Assembly: GCA_040510075.1 (NCBI GenBank)
Contig: JBEVJT010000113.1
Span: 1,552-65,551 of the forward strand
Length of the DNA: 64,000 bases
Reading direction: 5' to 3'
Source of the DNA: Xanthobacteraceae bacterium
GTDB taxonomy: Bacteria; Pseudomonadota; Alphaproteobacteria; Rhizobiales; Xanthobacteraceae
The position numbers and the translations under genes are program-made. Of this stretch, positions 21,901-32,033 are shown piece by piece (positions within the stretch are counted from its first letter, which is position 1; each line of letters starts with the position of its first letter). The notes below the pieces were generated by a model. That model made no database searches, was not told where the DNA came from, and worked only from the letters and a program-made list of their open reading frames with translations.

Positions 21901-24456
21901 ATGCCGAGTTCTGAGGCCCGCCCCAATCGCCTGTTGCTCGCCGCGCGGATGGCGGGGCGCGAAATGCGCGGCGGGCTGCGCGGTTTTTACGTCTTCACCG
22001 CCTGCATCATGCTGGGAGTTGCCGCCATTGCCGGCGTGAACGCGACCGCCGCGGCGCTGGTCGAGGGCCTGGCGCGCGAAGGCAGAACCATTCTGGGCGG
22101 CGACCTAGCTTTCATCCTGAGCCTGCGGGAAGCGACCGCGGAGGAGCTCGCGTTCCTGCAAAGCCAGGGAAGGCTTTCGCGTGTTGCCATCATGCGCGCG
22201 ACGGTGCGCGCGCAAGGAGGCGAGCCGGCGCTCGTCGAAATGAAAGCCGTCGATGCAGCCCATCCGCTCTATGGCACGCTACAACTCGACCCGCAGCTGC
22301 TGCTGGCGCAAGTGCTGGCGCGCGAGGGCGAGACCTACGGAGCCGCTGCGGATCCTGCGCTCCTCGCGCGGCTCGGTATTGCACCCGGTGCGGACCTTGC
22401 GCTCGGGTCGACCCGCATTCAAGTGCGCACCCTCATTGACTCCGAACCCGACAAGCTCTCGGGTGGGATCGGCTTTGGACCGCGACTGATCGTCAGCGAT
22501 GAAGCCCTGCGCGCGAGCGGGCTTCTCCAGCCTGGAAGCATCGTGCGCTGGCATTACCGGTTGCGGCTTCCGGAGAACAAACAATACGAGGCTTCCGTGC
22601 GCGCCATGGCGACCGCGGCGCAGCAACGATTTCCCGAAGCGGGCTGGGACATCCGGTCGCGCAGTCATGCCGCGCCCTCCCTGCAGCAAAACATCGACCG
22701 CTTCACGCAATACCTCACCCTTGTCGGGCTCACCGCGCTGCTCATCGGCGGCATCGGCGTCGGCAATGCGGTCAAGGCGCATCTCGATCGCCGGCGCAAC
22801 GTGATTGCGGTTTACAAATGCATGGGTGCTACGGGCGCGGGCGTGGTTGCGATTTATCTCGTGCAAGTGATGGTCCTCGCGTGTCTCGCATCGATCCCGG
22901 GACTCGCGTTCGGGGCCGCGCTGCCGTTCATCGTAGCCGGCTTCGATCTGCCCTTGCCGTTGACGCCGACTGTTGCTCCAGGCGCGCTCGCGCTCGCGCT
23001 AGTTTACGGGGTGCTCGTCGCGGTTGCGTTTGCACTCTGGCCCTTGGGCCGCGCGCACGATCTTCCAGTGTCCGCGCTCTTTCGCGATGAAATCGCTCCG
23101 CGTTGGGTGCCGCCGCGCCTGCGCTACGGTCTGACTACGGTGCTGATCATCGGCGTTCTGATTGTTCTTGCGGTAGGCACGGCTTTTGACCGGCGCATCG
23201 CCATCATTTTCGTGATCGCTGCTGCCGCAATCTTTGCGTTGCTGCGCTTCATCGCAAAGCTCATAATGGTTGCGGCGCGCAATGCACCGCGCGTGCAATC
23301 CCCCGTCGTTCGCCTTGCCATCGCGAACCTGCATCGGCCGGGCGCGCTTACGCCCAGCGTAGTCCTGTCATTGGGGTTGGGTTTAGCGCTGCTCGTCACC
23401 GTCATTGCCATCGAGGGCAATCTGCGCCGTCAGTTCCTTTCCGCATTGCCCGACCAGGCACCCAGCTTCTATTTCATCGATATTCCGGTGGGTGAAGCCC
23501 AGAACTTCGACACCTTCGTTCGCGCTCACGCGCCAGCGGTCGTGCTCAATCGCGTACCCATGTTGCGCGGGCGCATCGTCGCGGCGAACAGCGTCTCCGC
23601 CGAGGAGATAAAACCGTCGCCGGATGTCGCCTGGGCGCTGCAAAGCGATCGTGGCATCACGTTTGCCGATGCACTGCCGCCGGGCTCGCAACTTGTTGCG
23701 GGCGAATGGTGGCAGCCCGATTACGCGGGCCCGCCGCTGGTGTCCTTCGAGAAACGCATTGCGGATGGGCTGGGCCTCCACGTCGGAGACAGCGTCACGG
23801 TGAATGTGCTGGGTCGCAACATTTCCGCGCGGATTGCAAATCTGCGCAGCGTCGAATGGCAAAGCCTGGGCATCAATTTCGTGATGGTCTTTTCGCCAAA
23901 TACGTTCCGCGGTGCGCCGGTGACGCACATCGCAACGCTCTCCTATCCGGCGGGAAGCACGCGCGGGGAGGAAGGCGCGCTCATGCGGGCGGTTGCCCAT
24001 GAATTTCCTGGGGTCAACGTGCTGCGCGTGCGCGATCTCCTCGATGCGGTCGGGCAAACGGTAACCAATCTCACCTATGGCATCCGCGCAGCGAGTGCGC
24101 TCAGCTTGATCCTGGCCGGCTGCGTGCTCGCGGGCGCCCTTGCCGCCTCGCAGAGGCAGCGCATCTACGATGCCGTGATCCTGAAGACGCTGGGCGCAAC
24201 GCGCATGCGCCTCGTGCTCGCCTACGCGCTGGAATATTTTGCCAGCGGGGCGGCTGCAGCCATTTTCGGCGTGATCGCCGGGACCGCTGCAGCGGCCTTC
24301 GTGCTCACCCGACTGATGCACCTCTCGTTCGTCCTCACTCCCGGCCCACTGCTCGCCACCTGCGCCGTCGGTGTGGTTGCCACCGTAGTGTTCGGACTCC
24401 TAGGAACGTTTCGCGCCCTGGGGCAAAAGCCCGGCCCTATCCTGAGGAATTTGTAA
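21901..24456 (+). CDS. ABC transporter permease with duplicated FtsX domains (YbbP-like)
   Basis: 851 aa with two blocks of four TM helices separated by large periplasmic regions. It directly follows the YbbA-like ATPase. Confidence 0.88.
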   Translation: MPSSEARPNRLLLAARMAGREMRGGLRGFYVFTACIMLGVAAIAGVNATAAALVEGLAREGRTILGGDLAFILSLREATAEELAFLQSQGRLSRVAIMRATVRAQGGEPALVEMKAVDAAHPLYGTLQLDPQLLLAQVLAREGETYGAAADPALLARLGIAPGADLALGSTRIQVRTLIDSEPDKLSGGIGFGPRLIVSDEALRASGLLQPGSIVRWHYRLRLPENKQYEASVRAMATAAQQRFPEAGWDIRSRSHAAPSLQQNIDRFTQYLTLVGLTALLIGGIGVGNAVKAHLDRRRNVIAVYKCMGATGAGVVAIYLVQVMVLACLASIPGLAFGAALPFIVAGFDLPLPLTPTVAPGALALALVYGVLVAVAFALWPLGRAHDLPVSALFRDEIAPRWVPPRLRYGLTTVLIIGVLIVLAVGTAFDRRIAIIFVIAAAAIFALLRFIAKLIMVAARNAPRVQSPVVRLAIANLHRPGALTPSVVLSLGLGLALLVTVIAIEGNLRRQFLSALPDQAPSFYFIDIPVGEAQNFDTFVRAHAPAVVLNRVPMLRGRIVAANSVSAEEIKPSPDVAWALQSDRGITFADALPPGSQLVAGEWWQPDYAGPPLVSFEKRIADGLGLHVGDSVTVNVLGRNISARIANLRSVEWQSLGINFVMVFSPNTFRGAPVTHIATLSYPAGSTRGEEGALMRAVAHEFPGVNVLRVRDLLDAVGQTVTNLTYGIRAASALSLILAGCVLAGALAASQRQRIYDAVILKTLGATRMRLVLAYALEYFASGAAAAIFGVIAGTAAAAFVLTRLMHLSFVLTPGPLLATCAVGVVATVVFGLLGTFRALGQKPGPILRNL

Positions 24457-24646
24457 ACACGCGCTGCGCGCATGGACAAAATGTCATCTTTGCGGGCGAT
24501 CAGAAGGCGTTAACAAATGTGCGGCACGGCATCTGGCGCGGAACTCAATCCCGCATTAGATTCCGGCATTCCACGCCTTGGGGCTGAAAGTCCGCCGGGG
24601 CGCCACGGGCCGGCCCGCTAGCCGGCATCACAGAGAGGGAATTCCC

Positions 24647-25405
24647 ATGTCGAATTTCGACCGGAACTACGCGGCTGCCAGGCGCGGCGTCGGTACGGAC
24701 CGGACAATTGCGGTCGATGCGGGTCTGCGCGCCTACATGATCCGCGTCTACAACTACATGGCGGCGGGTGTCGCGCTCACCGGCATCGTTTCGTGGCTGA
24801 CGTTCAATGCCGCGGTTGTGGATACGGCGGGACGGATCACGCTCACTCCGTTCGGCCAGATGATCTACAGCGGGCCCGCGGTCATCGTGCTGTTCCTTGC
24901 CACGCTGGGCCTCGTGTTTGCAATCAGCTGGCGCGTTGGCTCCATGCAGCCATCGACGGCATTCGCGCTCTTCATGGTGTATGCGGCCTTGCTGGGCGTG
25001 ATGCTATCGTCGATATTTCTCGCCTACACCCACACCTCGATCACGCGTGTGTTCTTCATCTCAGCCGCGTCGTTCGGCGCCCTGAGCCTCTGGGGTTACA
25101 CCACACAGCGGGATCTGTCCGGAATGGGGTCCTTTCTGATCATGGGCCTGTTCGGGCTGATCATCGCCATGCTGGTCAACATATTCCTGAAAAGCACCGG
25201 ACTTGAGTTCGTGATCTCGGCAGTCGGCGTGTTGGTATTCGCCGGGCTCACCGCCTGGGACACCCAGCGCATCAAGGAAATGTATGACCCGATGGAGGAC
25301 GGCACGGCCGTTGGCCGAAAGGCCGTGATGGGCGCGCTGTCGCTCTATCTCGACTTCATCAACCTCTTCACGTTCCTGCTGCGCTTCCTTGGCGATCGCC
25401 GCTGA
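24647..25405 (+). CDS. Bax inhibitor-1/YccA family membrane protein
   Basis: Start at the ATG at 24647 (MSNFDRNYAAA...). Seven predicted TM helices, with C-terminal AWDTQRIKEMY....GALSLYLDFINLFTFLLRFLG typical of BI-1/YccA. Confidence 0.9.
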   Translation: MSNFDRNYAAARRGVGTDRTIAVDAGLRAYMIRVYNYMAAGVALTGIVSWLTFNAAVVDTAGRITLTPFGQMIYSGPAVIVLFLATLGLVFAISWRVGSMQPSTAFALFMVYAALLGVMLSSIFLAYTHTSITRVFFISAASFGALSLWGYTTQRDLSGMGSFLIMGLFGLIIAMLVNIFLKSTGLEFVISAVGVLVFAGLTAWDTQRIKEMYDPMEDGTAVGRKAVMGALSLYLDFINLFTFLLRFLGDRR

Positions 25406-25433
25406 AGAGAAACGAGAGCGCCAAATCAATCTG

Positions 25434-25465
25434 AGCGCCCCGGCCTGCCGGGGCGCTTTGCTGTT
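25434..25465 (+). terminator. Rho-independent terminator after the BI-1 gene
   Basis: 10-bp stem agcgccccgg/ccggggcgct with loop cctg, followed by TTTGCTGTT, 29 nt after the stop. Confidence 0.75.
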
Positions 25466-25506
25466 GGGCATGATGTTTTCTCCACCGGGGCGCGCTGTCG
25501 GCCATC

Positions 25507-26046
25507 ATGCCCTATGTTTCTGCCATGGTTCCCTGCATCCGCCCTGTCCGGGTCGCCGACGTGCCGGCCGTGACCCGCATTTATGCCCACGCGGTGCGCG
25601 AGGGCACGGCGTCCTTCGAGATCGATCCGCCGGACGAGGCGGAGATACAACGCCGATACGAAGCCCTGCAGGCAGGCGGCTATCCCTATCTCGTGGCGGA
25701 GTTCGACGGCGCTATTGCGGGCTACGCCTATGCGGGGCCCTACCGTGCTCGCCCGGCCTATGGGTGGAGCGTCGAGGATTCGGTCTACGTGGCGCCAGAC
25801 TGGCACCGACGCGGGATCGGGCGTGCCCTGTTGGAGGCGCTCATCGAGGAAGCCGAGTCGAGATCGTTCAGGCAGATGGTTGCGGTGATCGGGGATTCTG
25901 CCAATACCGCATCGATCGAGCTGCACCGCTTCGCAGGCTTTCGCCTGGTGGGCACGCTGGAGAATATCGGGTTCAAGTTTGGTCGGTGGCTCGACAGCGT
26001 GCTGATGCAACGCGAGTTGGGCCAGGGTGCAACGAGCAGGCCGTAA
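25507..26046 (+). CDS. GNAT N-acetyltransferase (phosphinothricin/MSO acetyltransferase-like)
   Basis: 179 aa with IRPVRVADVPAVTRIYAHAVREGTASFE, YVAPDWHRRGIGRALLEALI and LHRFAGFRLVGTLENIGFKFGRWLD. Confidence 0.85.
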   Translation: MPYVSAMVPCIRPVRVADVPAVTRIYAHAVREGTASFEIDPPDEAEIQRRYEALQAGGYPYLVAEFDGAIAGYAYAGPYRARPAYGWSVEDSVYVAPDWHRRGIGRALLEALIEEAESRSFRQMVAVIGDSANTASIELHRFAGFRLVGTLENIGFKFGRWLDSVLMQRELGQGATSRP

Positions 26047-26127
26047 AGACTGCACCTGCCTGCCGCACGGCTGAGCGACTTTAGAGCGGTGTGACTTTTC
26101 CTCGAACTCTGCTCTGACTCATTATTT

Positions 26128-26176
26128 GAGCATGATCTTGTCCGAAAACCGATACCCACTTTTCGGGATCATGCTC
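26128..26176. repeat. Dispersed palindromic element (gagcatgatc...ccgaaaa...ttttcgg gatcatgctc)
   Basis: Outer 10-bp arms at 26128-26137 / 26167-26176 and inner 7-bp arms at 26142-26148 / 26160-26166. A second, longer copy lies at 49247-49318. Confidence 0.75.
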
Positions 26177-26182
26177 TAACTC

Positions 26183-26545
26183 TCACACTACACGCAGCGA
26201 TTTGTCGATTGCGCCCAGCACCCGCTCGAGCTCGTGGCCGCGCCGGAGGATCAGCCCGGTTGCCGTGACCACGCTGTACGCGCCCTGCCGGCGCTCGAGC
26301 TTCGGATTTTTTTCGATACGGTAAATGGGAACTTCGGAGGCGCGGCGGAATACGGAAAACACCGCGCGGTCTTTCAGAAAGTCGATGGCATAGTCGCGCC
26401 ACTCGCCCGCTGCCACCTTGCGGCCGTAGAGGCCGAGAATGCGATTTAGTTCGCGCCGGTCGAACGTCACCCTGGGCGCGGGGGCGGGACGGAGGTGCGT
26501 CTCGCCCCGGACCTGCTCGCCGGGCTCAGCATCGCCATGGCTCAT
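26183..26545 (-). CDS. DUF2794-like protein
   Basis: 120 aa. VTFDRRELNRILGLYGRKVAAGEWRDYAIDF....AVFSVFRRASEVPIYRIEK matches my recollection of DUF2794. An AAGGGGG SD precedes the ATG. Confidence 0.7.
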   Translation of the reverse strand: MSHGDAEPGEQVRGETHLRPAPAPRVTFDRRELNRILGLYGRKVAAGEWRDYAIDFLKDRAVFSVFRRASEVPIYRIEKNPKLERRQGAYSVVTATGLILRRGHELERVLGAIDKSLRVV

Positions 26546-26730
26546 GGGCGCCCCCTTGTTAGATCAGATCGGATGTTATGATTGTCCCTCGCGCGGCTGG
26601 CGGCAAGGGGGATCACGGGGGCGGCATTACAGTACACGCCGGCCTCACGGATTGATTACTGCATTCATAATCTTGCCCTAAACCGGTCGAGCGCGCGCCC
26701 TCAGACAGTGGCATTGTCAGGACGTTGCAA

Positions 26731-26802
26731 GGGCCCGGCTGCCCCCGAAGGCCGGATTGCCCCAGCCCCCCAGCCCCCCGGAGTTCGGGGCAGCCCGGGC
26801 CC
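26731..26802 (+). other. Long imperfect hairpin with a C-rich apical loop (candidate structured RNA)
   Basis: Arms gggcccggctgcccccgaa (26731-26749) and ttcggggcagcccgggccc (26784-26802) pair over 19 positions with two 1-nt bulges. The loop contains CCCCAGCCCCCCAGCCCCCC. Confidence 0.5.
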
Positions 26803-26866
26803 CTCCCGCGACATCCGAGCTGATGCGCGGTTACGTAAATGGTCGCGTAAGTTCATGCATGCGTAG

Positions 26867-26892
26867 GGCCGGCTCTCGCCGGCCTTTTTATT
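26867..26892 (+). terminator. Plus-strand intrinsic terminator between two minus-strand genes
   Basis: Stem ggccggc/gccggcc with loop tctc, then TTTTTATT. Read on the minus strand, the hairpin is not followed by a U-tract. Confidence 0.6.
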
Positions 26893-26951
26893 ACGCGGGT
26901 TTATTGCGCGGTCATCCGCGACGCCGCAGGCAGCCGCGTAACAGCGAAACT

Positions 26952-27686
26952 TTACTTCAACGCTGCGAGCGCAGCGCCGAGCATCGTTTTCGGCTTGTCT
27001 GCGGTGCCGCTCTGCACGAAGACGGCGGCTTCATCAATGCCTTCGGCGGCGATCGTCTGCAGCGGGACTGTCCAGGATTTCGACTGTCCGGTCCAATCGC
27101 CCAATTTGACCCATCGCCGCGCCACGTTGCGATACGTGATGGTCCGGCCTTTGTTCTCGCCGCGCGCGATCGGGATCGTGGCGCTCCGAATGAGTCCGCA
27201 CAACCAGGCTTCTGCGTTCGCGGAAAGATCTTTCGTTTCCGGCAAGGTCACCTGCATGCGCCCGTCGGCCAGCGTGAGCGTCAATCCGGCAAGCGACATG
27301 GCTCCGTGCCTGCGGCTTTTTGCGAGAGCATTCTCGATTGCGGCTTTGTCGCTGCCGAGCACGTGCACGCTGCCGTTCACCACGGCTTGGGGCGTATAGA
27401 CCTGCCCGTCGCCGCGCGCCTGCGCATACCCCCTTTGTCTCGCCGTATTGCGCGGAACGGCCAGCGTGTCCTTCCAGCCGAGATAGTCCCAAATGTCGAT
27501 CGGGACGCTCACCGCCACGAGAGAGGGATCATTCGCAAGCTCAACCAGCAAGGCATCGGCGGGGGGACAGGAGGAGCAGCCCTGGCTCGTGAACAGCTCG
27601 ACCACGCCCCGCGGCTCCGTTTGCGCCAGGGCGGCTCCGGAGGCGCAAACAAGAGCGAACGCATACGCAAAACAACGATGGAGCAT
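26952..27686 (-). CDS. DUF1223 (thioredoxin-fold) secreted protein
   Basis: Start at the ATG at 27686 gives the signal peptide MLHRCFAYAFALVCASGAALAQ. The core VELFTSQGCSSCPPADALL...DYLGWKDT is typical of DUF1223. Confidence 0.82.
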   Translation of the reverse strand: MLHRCFAYAFALVCASGAALAQTEPRGVVELFTSQGCSSCPPADALLVELANDPSLVAVSVPIDIWDYLGWKDTLAVPRNTARQRGYAQARGDGQVYTPQAVVNGSVHVLGSDKAAIENALAKSRRHGAMSLAGLTLTLADGRMQVTLPETKDLSANAEAWLCGLIRSATIPIARGENKGRTITYRNVARRWVKLGDWTGQSKSWTVPLQTIAAEGIDEAAVFVQSGTADKPKTMLGAALAALK

Positions 27687-27782
27687 TCCGGCCCTCCCCC
27701 GCGAAGGTTTCCCCTGGCGCATAACTCTACGGAAGACGCGCGATCACCCGCCACTCACAACGAGGTGAGCCGAACATTTTTC

Positions 27783-30572
27783 TCACGATGGCGAGGCGTT
27801 CAAAAGATGCCGAAGCACGTACTGGAGGATCCCGCCGTGCTTGAAATAGTCGAGTTCGTCCACCGTATCGATCCGGGAGACAAGCGGCACGCGGGTAAGG
27901 CGGCCGTCGCCGGCGACGATCTCGGCAACCATGCGCTGCCGCGGCTTGATTTCACCGTGCAGGCCGCGAATGGTGACCTTTTCGTCGCCTTTGAGTCCCA
28001 GCGACTGCCAGGAGGTCCCCTCCTCAAAACAAAGCGGTAGCACTCCCATCCCGATCAGGTTCGATCGGTGAATGCGCTCGAATGACTGGCAGATAACCGC
28101 GCGCACGCCGAGAAGGCTCGGTCCCTTTGCCGCCCAGTCCCGGGAGGAGCCGCTGCCGTATTCCTTTCCGGCGAAGTCCACGAGCGGCACGCCTTGGCTC
28201 TTGTAGCGCATGGCGGCATCGTAGATCGGCATGCGCTGGCCCGATGGATAGTGCACGGTCACGCCGCCTTCGACGCCCCGCACCATCTGGTTCTTGAGCC
28301 GGATATTGGCGAAGGTGCCGCGCATCATGACTTCGTGGTTGCCGCGGCGGGTCCCATACTGGTTGAAATCGGCGGGTCTGACCTTGTGCTCGAGCAGATA
28401 CTTGCCGGCGGGTGAATCGACCTTGATGGAGCCGGCCGGGGAAATGTGGTCGGTGGTGATGGAATCAAGCAGGAGGCAGAGCACGCGGGCCTCGACGATA
28501 TCGGTGAGCGGCGCGGGATGTCTTCCCATGCCGGCGAAGTATGGCGGGTTGCGCACGTAGGTGGATTTGCTGTCCCAGGCATACGTCAATCCGCCTTTGA
28601 CCCTGATCGCGCGCCAATGGGTATCGCCCTTGAATACGTCCGCATATTTCTTCGCGAACATCTGCCGGGTGATGGTCTTGCGGACCATGCCATTGATCTC
28701 GCGGCTGGTCGGCCAGATATCCTTGAGGAAAACTTTCTTGCCCGTTTTGTCCATGCCGAGCGGTTGCTTGAGCAGATCGGCATACATGGAGCCGGCAAGT
28801 GCGTAGCTCACCACCAATGGCGGCGAGGCGAGATAGTTTGCCCGTACGTCCGCGTTGACGCGCCCTTCGAAATTGCGGTTGCCGGAGAGCACGGCCGCGG
28901 CAACCAGGTCTTTGTCGTTGATGACCTTGGAGATCTCCGGCGCCAGCGGTCCGGAATTGCCGATGCAGGTCGTGCAGCCGAAGCCCACAAGATTGAAGCC
29001 GAGCTTGTCGAGATCTTTCTGTAGGCCCGATTTCTCGAGATATTCCGACACTACCTGCGAGCCTGGCGCGAGCGAGGTCTTCACCCACGGCTTCACCGCC
29101 AATCCTTTAGCGACGGCTTTGCGCGCGAGCAGCCCCGCGCCAATCATGACATTGGGATTCGAGGTATTTGTGCACGAGGTAATCGCGGCGATCACCACGT
29201 CGCCGTGACCAATATCATGGTTGCGCCCCTCAACTGGCGTGCGCTTGGCGGAGCCGGCCTTGGCAAAATCCTTGTCCAGCGAAGTGGCGAGCGAGGGATG
29301 AAGATCGAAAATGTCCTTGCCGCCGTCCCCGCCCTTGTTGAATTCCTTCTCCATCGCCACCGCAAAGCCCGTTCTGACGTCCTTGAGGGCGACACGGTCC
29401 TGGGGCCGCTTCGGTCCCGCCAGCGAGGGCTCGACCTCGGCGAGATCGAGTTTCAGCACATCGGTGAATACGGGATCGGGCGTCGATTTGGTGCGATAGA
29501 GGCCCTGCGCCTTCGCGTAGGCACCCACCAGCGCGACCAGCGCGGCCGGCCGACCGGTATCGGTGAGATAGCGCAACGTGTCGTCATCAATCGGAAAGAA
29601 GCCGCACGTGGCGCCGTATTCGGGCGCCATGTTTCCGATCGTCGCACGGTCGGCGATGGTGAGCGCGGCAAGCCCAGGGCCGAAAAACTCCACGAACTTT
29701 CCGACAACTCCGAGCTGGCGCAGCATTTGCGTCACCGTGAGCACGAGATCGGTCGCGGTTACTCCCTCCTTGAGCTTGCCGGTAAGCCTCATCCCGATGA
29801 CTTGCGGAAGGACCATGGAATAGGGCTGGCCAAGCATGGCCGCCTCCGCCTCGATGCCACCCACGCCCCAGCCGAGAACGGAAAGCCCGTTCACCATGGT
29901 GGTATGGGAGTCGGTGCCGACAAGCGTATCCGGATAGGCGAGCTCGGTGGTTGCCTTTTTGCCGTCGAGCTTCAGCTGGGCCGGTTTGCTCCAGACCGTT
30001 CGCGATAGGTATTCAAGATTTACCTGGTGGCAGATGCCCGTCCCCGGCGATACCACGCGAAAATTGTCGAAGGACTTTTGCGACCATTTGAGGAATTCAT
30101 ATCGTTCGAGATTTTGCCGGTACTCCTCCTCGACATTCCTCTTGAAAGCCGTGTTGGTGCCGAAGAAGTTTACCACGACCGAGTGGTCGCAAACGAGGTC
30201 CACGGGCACGAGCGGATTGATTTTTTTCGGATCGCCGCCGAGCGCCCGCATGGCATCGCGCATGGCGGCAAGATCGACTACGGCAGGTACGCCGGTGAAG
30301 TCCTGCATCAGCACGCGTGCCGGTCGAAACGGGACCTCCCGGTCCGACGTTTTGGTTTTGAGCCATTGCGCAACGGCCTGAATGTCTGGCTTGGTAACGG
30401 TGCGGCCATCCTCGTGCCTCAACAAATTTTCGAGCAGAACCTTCATGGAAAAAGGCAGGCGGGAGATGCCCTTGAGGCCGTTCTTTTCCGCAAGCGGCAG
30501 GCTGTAATATGCGTAGGTCTTGCTGCCCACCTTCAGGGTTTTGCAGCACTTGAAGCTATCCAACGAGGTCAT
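27783..30572 (-). CDS. acnA: Aconitate hydratase A
   Basis: Start at the ATG at 30572 ([25 protein letters not shown]). Motifs [32 protein letters not shown] and [11 protein letters not shown]. Confidence 0.97.
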   Translation of the reverse strand: MTSLDSFKCCKTLKVGSKTYAYYSLPLAEKNGLKGISRLPFSMKVLLENLLRHEDGRTVTKPDIQAVAQWLKTKTSDREVPFRPARVLMQDFTGVPAVVDLAAMRDAMRALGGDPKKINPLVPVDLVCDHSVVVNFFGTNTAFKRNVEEEYRQNLERYEFLKWSQKSFDNFRVVSPGTGICHQVNLEYLSRTVWSKPAQLKLDGKKATTELAYPDTLVGTDSHTTMVNGLSVLGWGVGGIEAEAAMLGQPYSMVLPQVIGMRLTGKLKEGVTATDLVLTVTQMLRQLGVVGKFVEFFGPGLAALTIADRATIGNMAPEYGATCGFFPIDDDTLRYLTDTGRPAALVALVGAYAKAQGLYRTKSTPDPVFTDVLKLDLAEVEPSLAGPKRPQDRVALKDVRTGFAVAMEKEFNKGGDGGKDIFDLHPSLATSLDKDFAKAGSAKRTPVEGRNHDIGHGDVVIAAITSCTNTSNPNVMIGAGLLARKAVAKGLAVKPWVKTSLAPGSQVVSEYLEKSGLQKDLDKLGFNLVGFGCTTCIGNSGPLAPEISKVINDKDLVAAAVLSGNRNFEGRVNADVRANYLASPPLVVSYALAGSMYADLLKQPLGMDKTGKKVFLKDIWPTSREINGMVRKTITRQMFAKKYADVFKGDTHWRAIRVKGGLTYAWDSKSTYVRNPPYFAGMGRHPAPLTDIVEARVLCLLLDSITTDHISPAGSIKVDSPAGKYLLEHKVRPADFNQYGTRRGNHEVMMRGTFANIRLKNQMVRGVEGGVTVHYPSGQRMPIYDAAMRYKSQGVPLVDFAGKEYGSGSSRDWAAKGPSLLGVRAVICQSFERIHRSNLIGMGVLPLCFEEGTSWQSLGLKGDEKVTIRGLHGEIKPRQRMVAEIVAGDGRLTRVPLVSRIDTVDELDYFKHGGILQYVLRHLLNASPS

Positions 30573-30695
30573 CGTTAAGGGTCCAATGAAATCGAAGCGC
30601 CGGGTGCGCAGAAAGCGCCTTCTGACGCTGAGTGAAGCCATGGCTTATAGGATTTTTCCGCGCGTTCTTCCAGAAAATCGGCGCGGCTTGCGAAT

Positions 30696-31346
30696 ATGGC
30701 CGTGCTGACACGGCTTTCGGCCATTGATCTCGCCTGCAGCCGGGCAGGTCGCCTGGTATTCAATAATCTGAATTTCTCGGTCGACAGGGGTCAAATGCTC
30801 GCCGTTCGCGGCGCGAATGGCGCAGGCAAGTCATCCCTGTTGCGGGTCATTGCGGGCCTGTTGCGGCCCAGCGCGGGTCGGCTTTTGCTGGAAGGCGGTG
30901 ACGAGGACCTCAGCCCCGGCGAGCAAGCGCACTATCTGGGGCATCAGGATCCCATCAAACCGTCGCTCACCGTCGGGGAAAATCTTGCCTTCTGGCGAGA
31001 CCTCTTCAGCGGCTCGGACGCAACCGCAACCGCGCTGAACATGGTCGGACTGGGCACGCTGGCGGATGTCCCCGCGCTCTACCTTTCGGCCGGACAACGC
31101 CGCCGCCTTTCGCTCGCTCGCCTCCTTGCCGCGCCTCGCCTAGTCTGGCTCCTCGATGAGCCGAATTCAGCGCTCGACGAAGCGGGGCAGTTGCTGCTGA
31201 CGCGCATCATGGCCGAGCATCTCGCGCGCGAGGGCATCCTCATTGCAGCCACCCACGGCGCACTGGGCATCGCCCCGGCACAGGAATTGGTGCTGAACCC
31301 CGATCGGCCATTGCCGCATGTTCAGAGCAGCGAGAACACCGTGTGA
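30696..31346 (+). CDS. ccmA: Heme exporter ATP-binding protein CcmA
   Basis: 216 aa with Walker [13 protein letters not shown], signature [14 protein letters not shown] and WLLDEP. It is followed by ccmB, ccmC, ccmD and ccmG. Confidence 0.92.
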   Translation: MAVLTRLSAIDLACSRAGRLVFNNLNFSVDRGQMLAVRGANGAGKSSLLRVIAGLLRPSAGRLLLEGGDEDLSPGEQAHYLGHQDPIKPSLTVGENLAFWRDLFSGSDATATALNMVGLGTLADVPALYLSAGQRRRLSLARLLAAPRLVWLLDEPNSALDEAGQLLLTRIMAEHLAREGILIAATHGALGIAPAQELVLNPDRPLPHVQSSENTV

Positions 31347-32008
31347 GCCCGCTTTTCGCTCTGCTGCGCCGCGACCTGAAGCTGGCCGTGCGCGCCGGTG
31401 GAGGCGCGGCCATCGGCGTTCTGTTTTTTCTGATCGTGGTCACGCTCGCTGCGTTCGCGATCGGGCCCGATCTTGCATTGCTAGCGCGCATAGGCCCCGC
31501 GATTCTGTGGCTCGGCGCTCTCCTTTCCACCCTGCTTGGGTTCGACCGGCTACTGTCGCTTGATTACGAGGACGGCTCTCTCGATCAGATGCTTCTCGCC
31601 CGTGTCCCGCTGGAGCTCGCGCTATGCACGAAGGTGCTGGCGCATTGGGCGAGTAGCGAGTTGCCGCTGATCATTGCTACCCCAATGCTTGGTGTGCTTC
31701 TGAATGTGGATCCGGTTGGAAGCGCCGCCGTTGCACTCACGATGCTGGTAGGCACGCCCGCCCTGACTTTCATCGGCTTGATCGGAGCCGCCCTGACTGT
31801 GTCCTTGAGGCGTGGCGGTCTGCTGCTGGCGGTTCTGGTACTTCCCTTCAATATCCCGGTTCTCATCTTTGGGGTCGCCGCCTCGACTGCCGCGCTCTCC
31901 GGCCTGCCGTTCGCCGCGCCTCTCGGTATTCTCCTCGCAATAACGCTGGTCAGCGCGGTGATCGGCCCAGTTGCAGTGGCGGTCGCGTTGCGGCAGGGCA
32001 TGGATTGA
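31343..32008 (+). CDS. ccmB: Heme exporter permease CcmB
   Basis: 221 aa and six TM helices. It overlaps the ccmA stop by 4 nt and carries F.....DGSL..L motif-like [12 protein letters not shown]. Confidence 0.92.
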   Translation: MSPLFALLRRDLKLAVRAGGGAAIGVLFFLIVVTLAAFAIGPDLALLARIGPAILWLGALLSTLLGFDRLLSLDYEDGSLDQMLLARVPLELALCTKVLAHWASSELPLIIATPMLGVLLNVDPVGSAAVALTMLVGTPALTFIGLIGAALTVSLRRGGLLLAVLVLPFNIPVLIFGVAASTAALSGLPFAAPLGILLAITLVSAVIGPVAVAVALRQGMD

Positions 32009-32033
32009 CCTCCATGGCGCAAGAGTACTTGCA

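Noticed and set aside
26582-26866. 94-aa plus-strand ORF inside the DUF2794-DUF1223 gap
   Set aside because: It has no SD. The product is Ala/Arg/Pro-rich and runs straight through the 19-bp hairpin. The structure explains the region better than coding does.
30642-30695. Short inverted repeats (GATTTT...AAAATC and TTCT-tcc-AGAA) in the acnA-ccmA divergent spacer, considered as an Irr/ICE-like iron-control element
   Set aside because: The arms are 4-7 nt with irregular spacing. They do not match the TTTAGAA-N3-TTCTAAA ICE consensus well enough to support a call.
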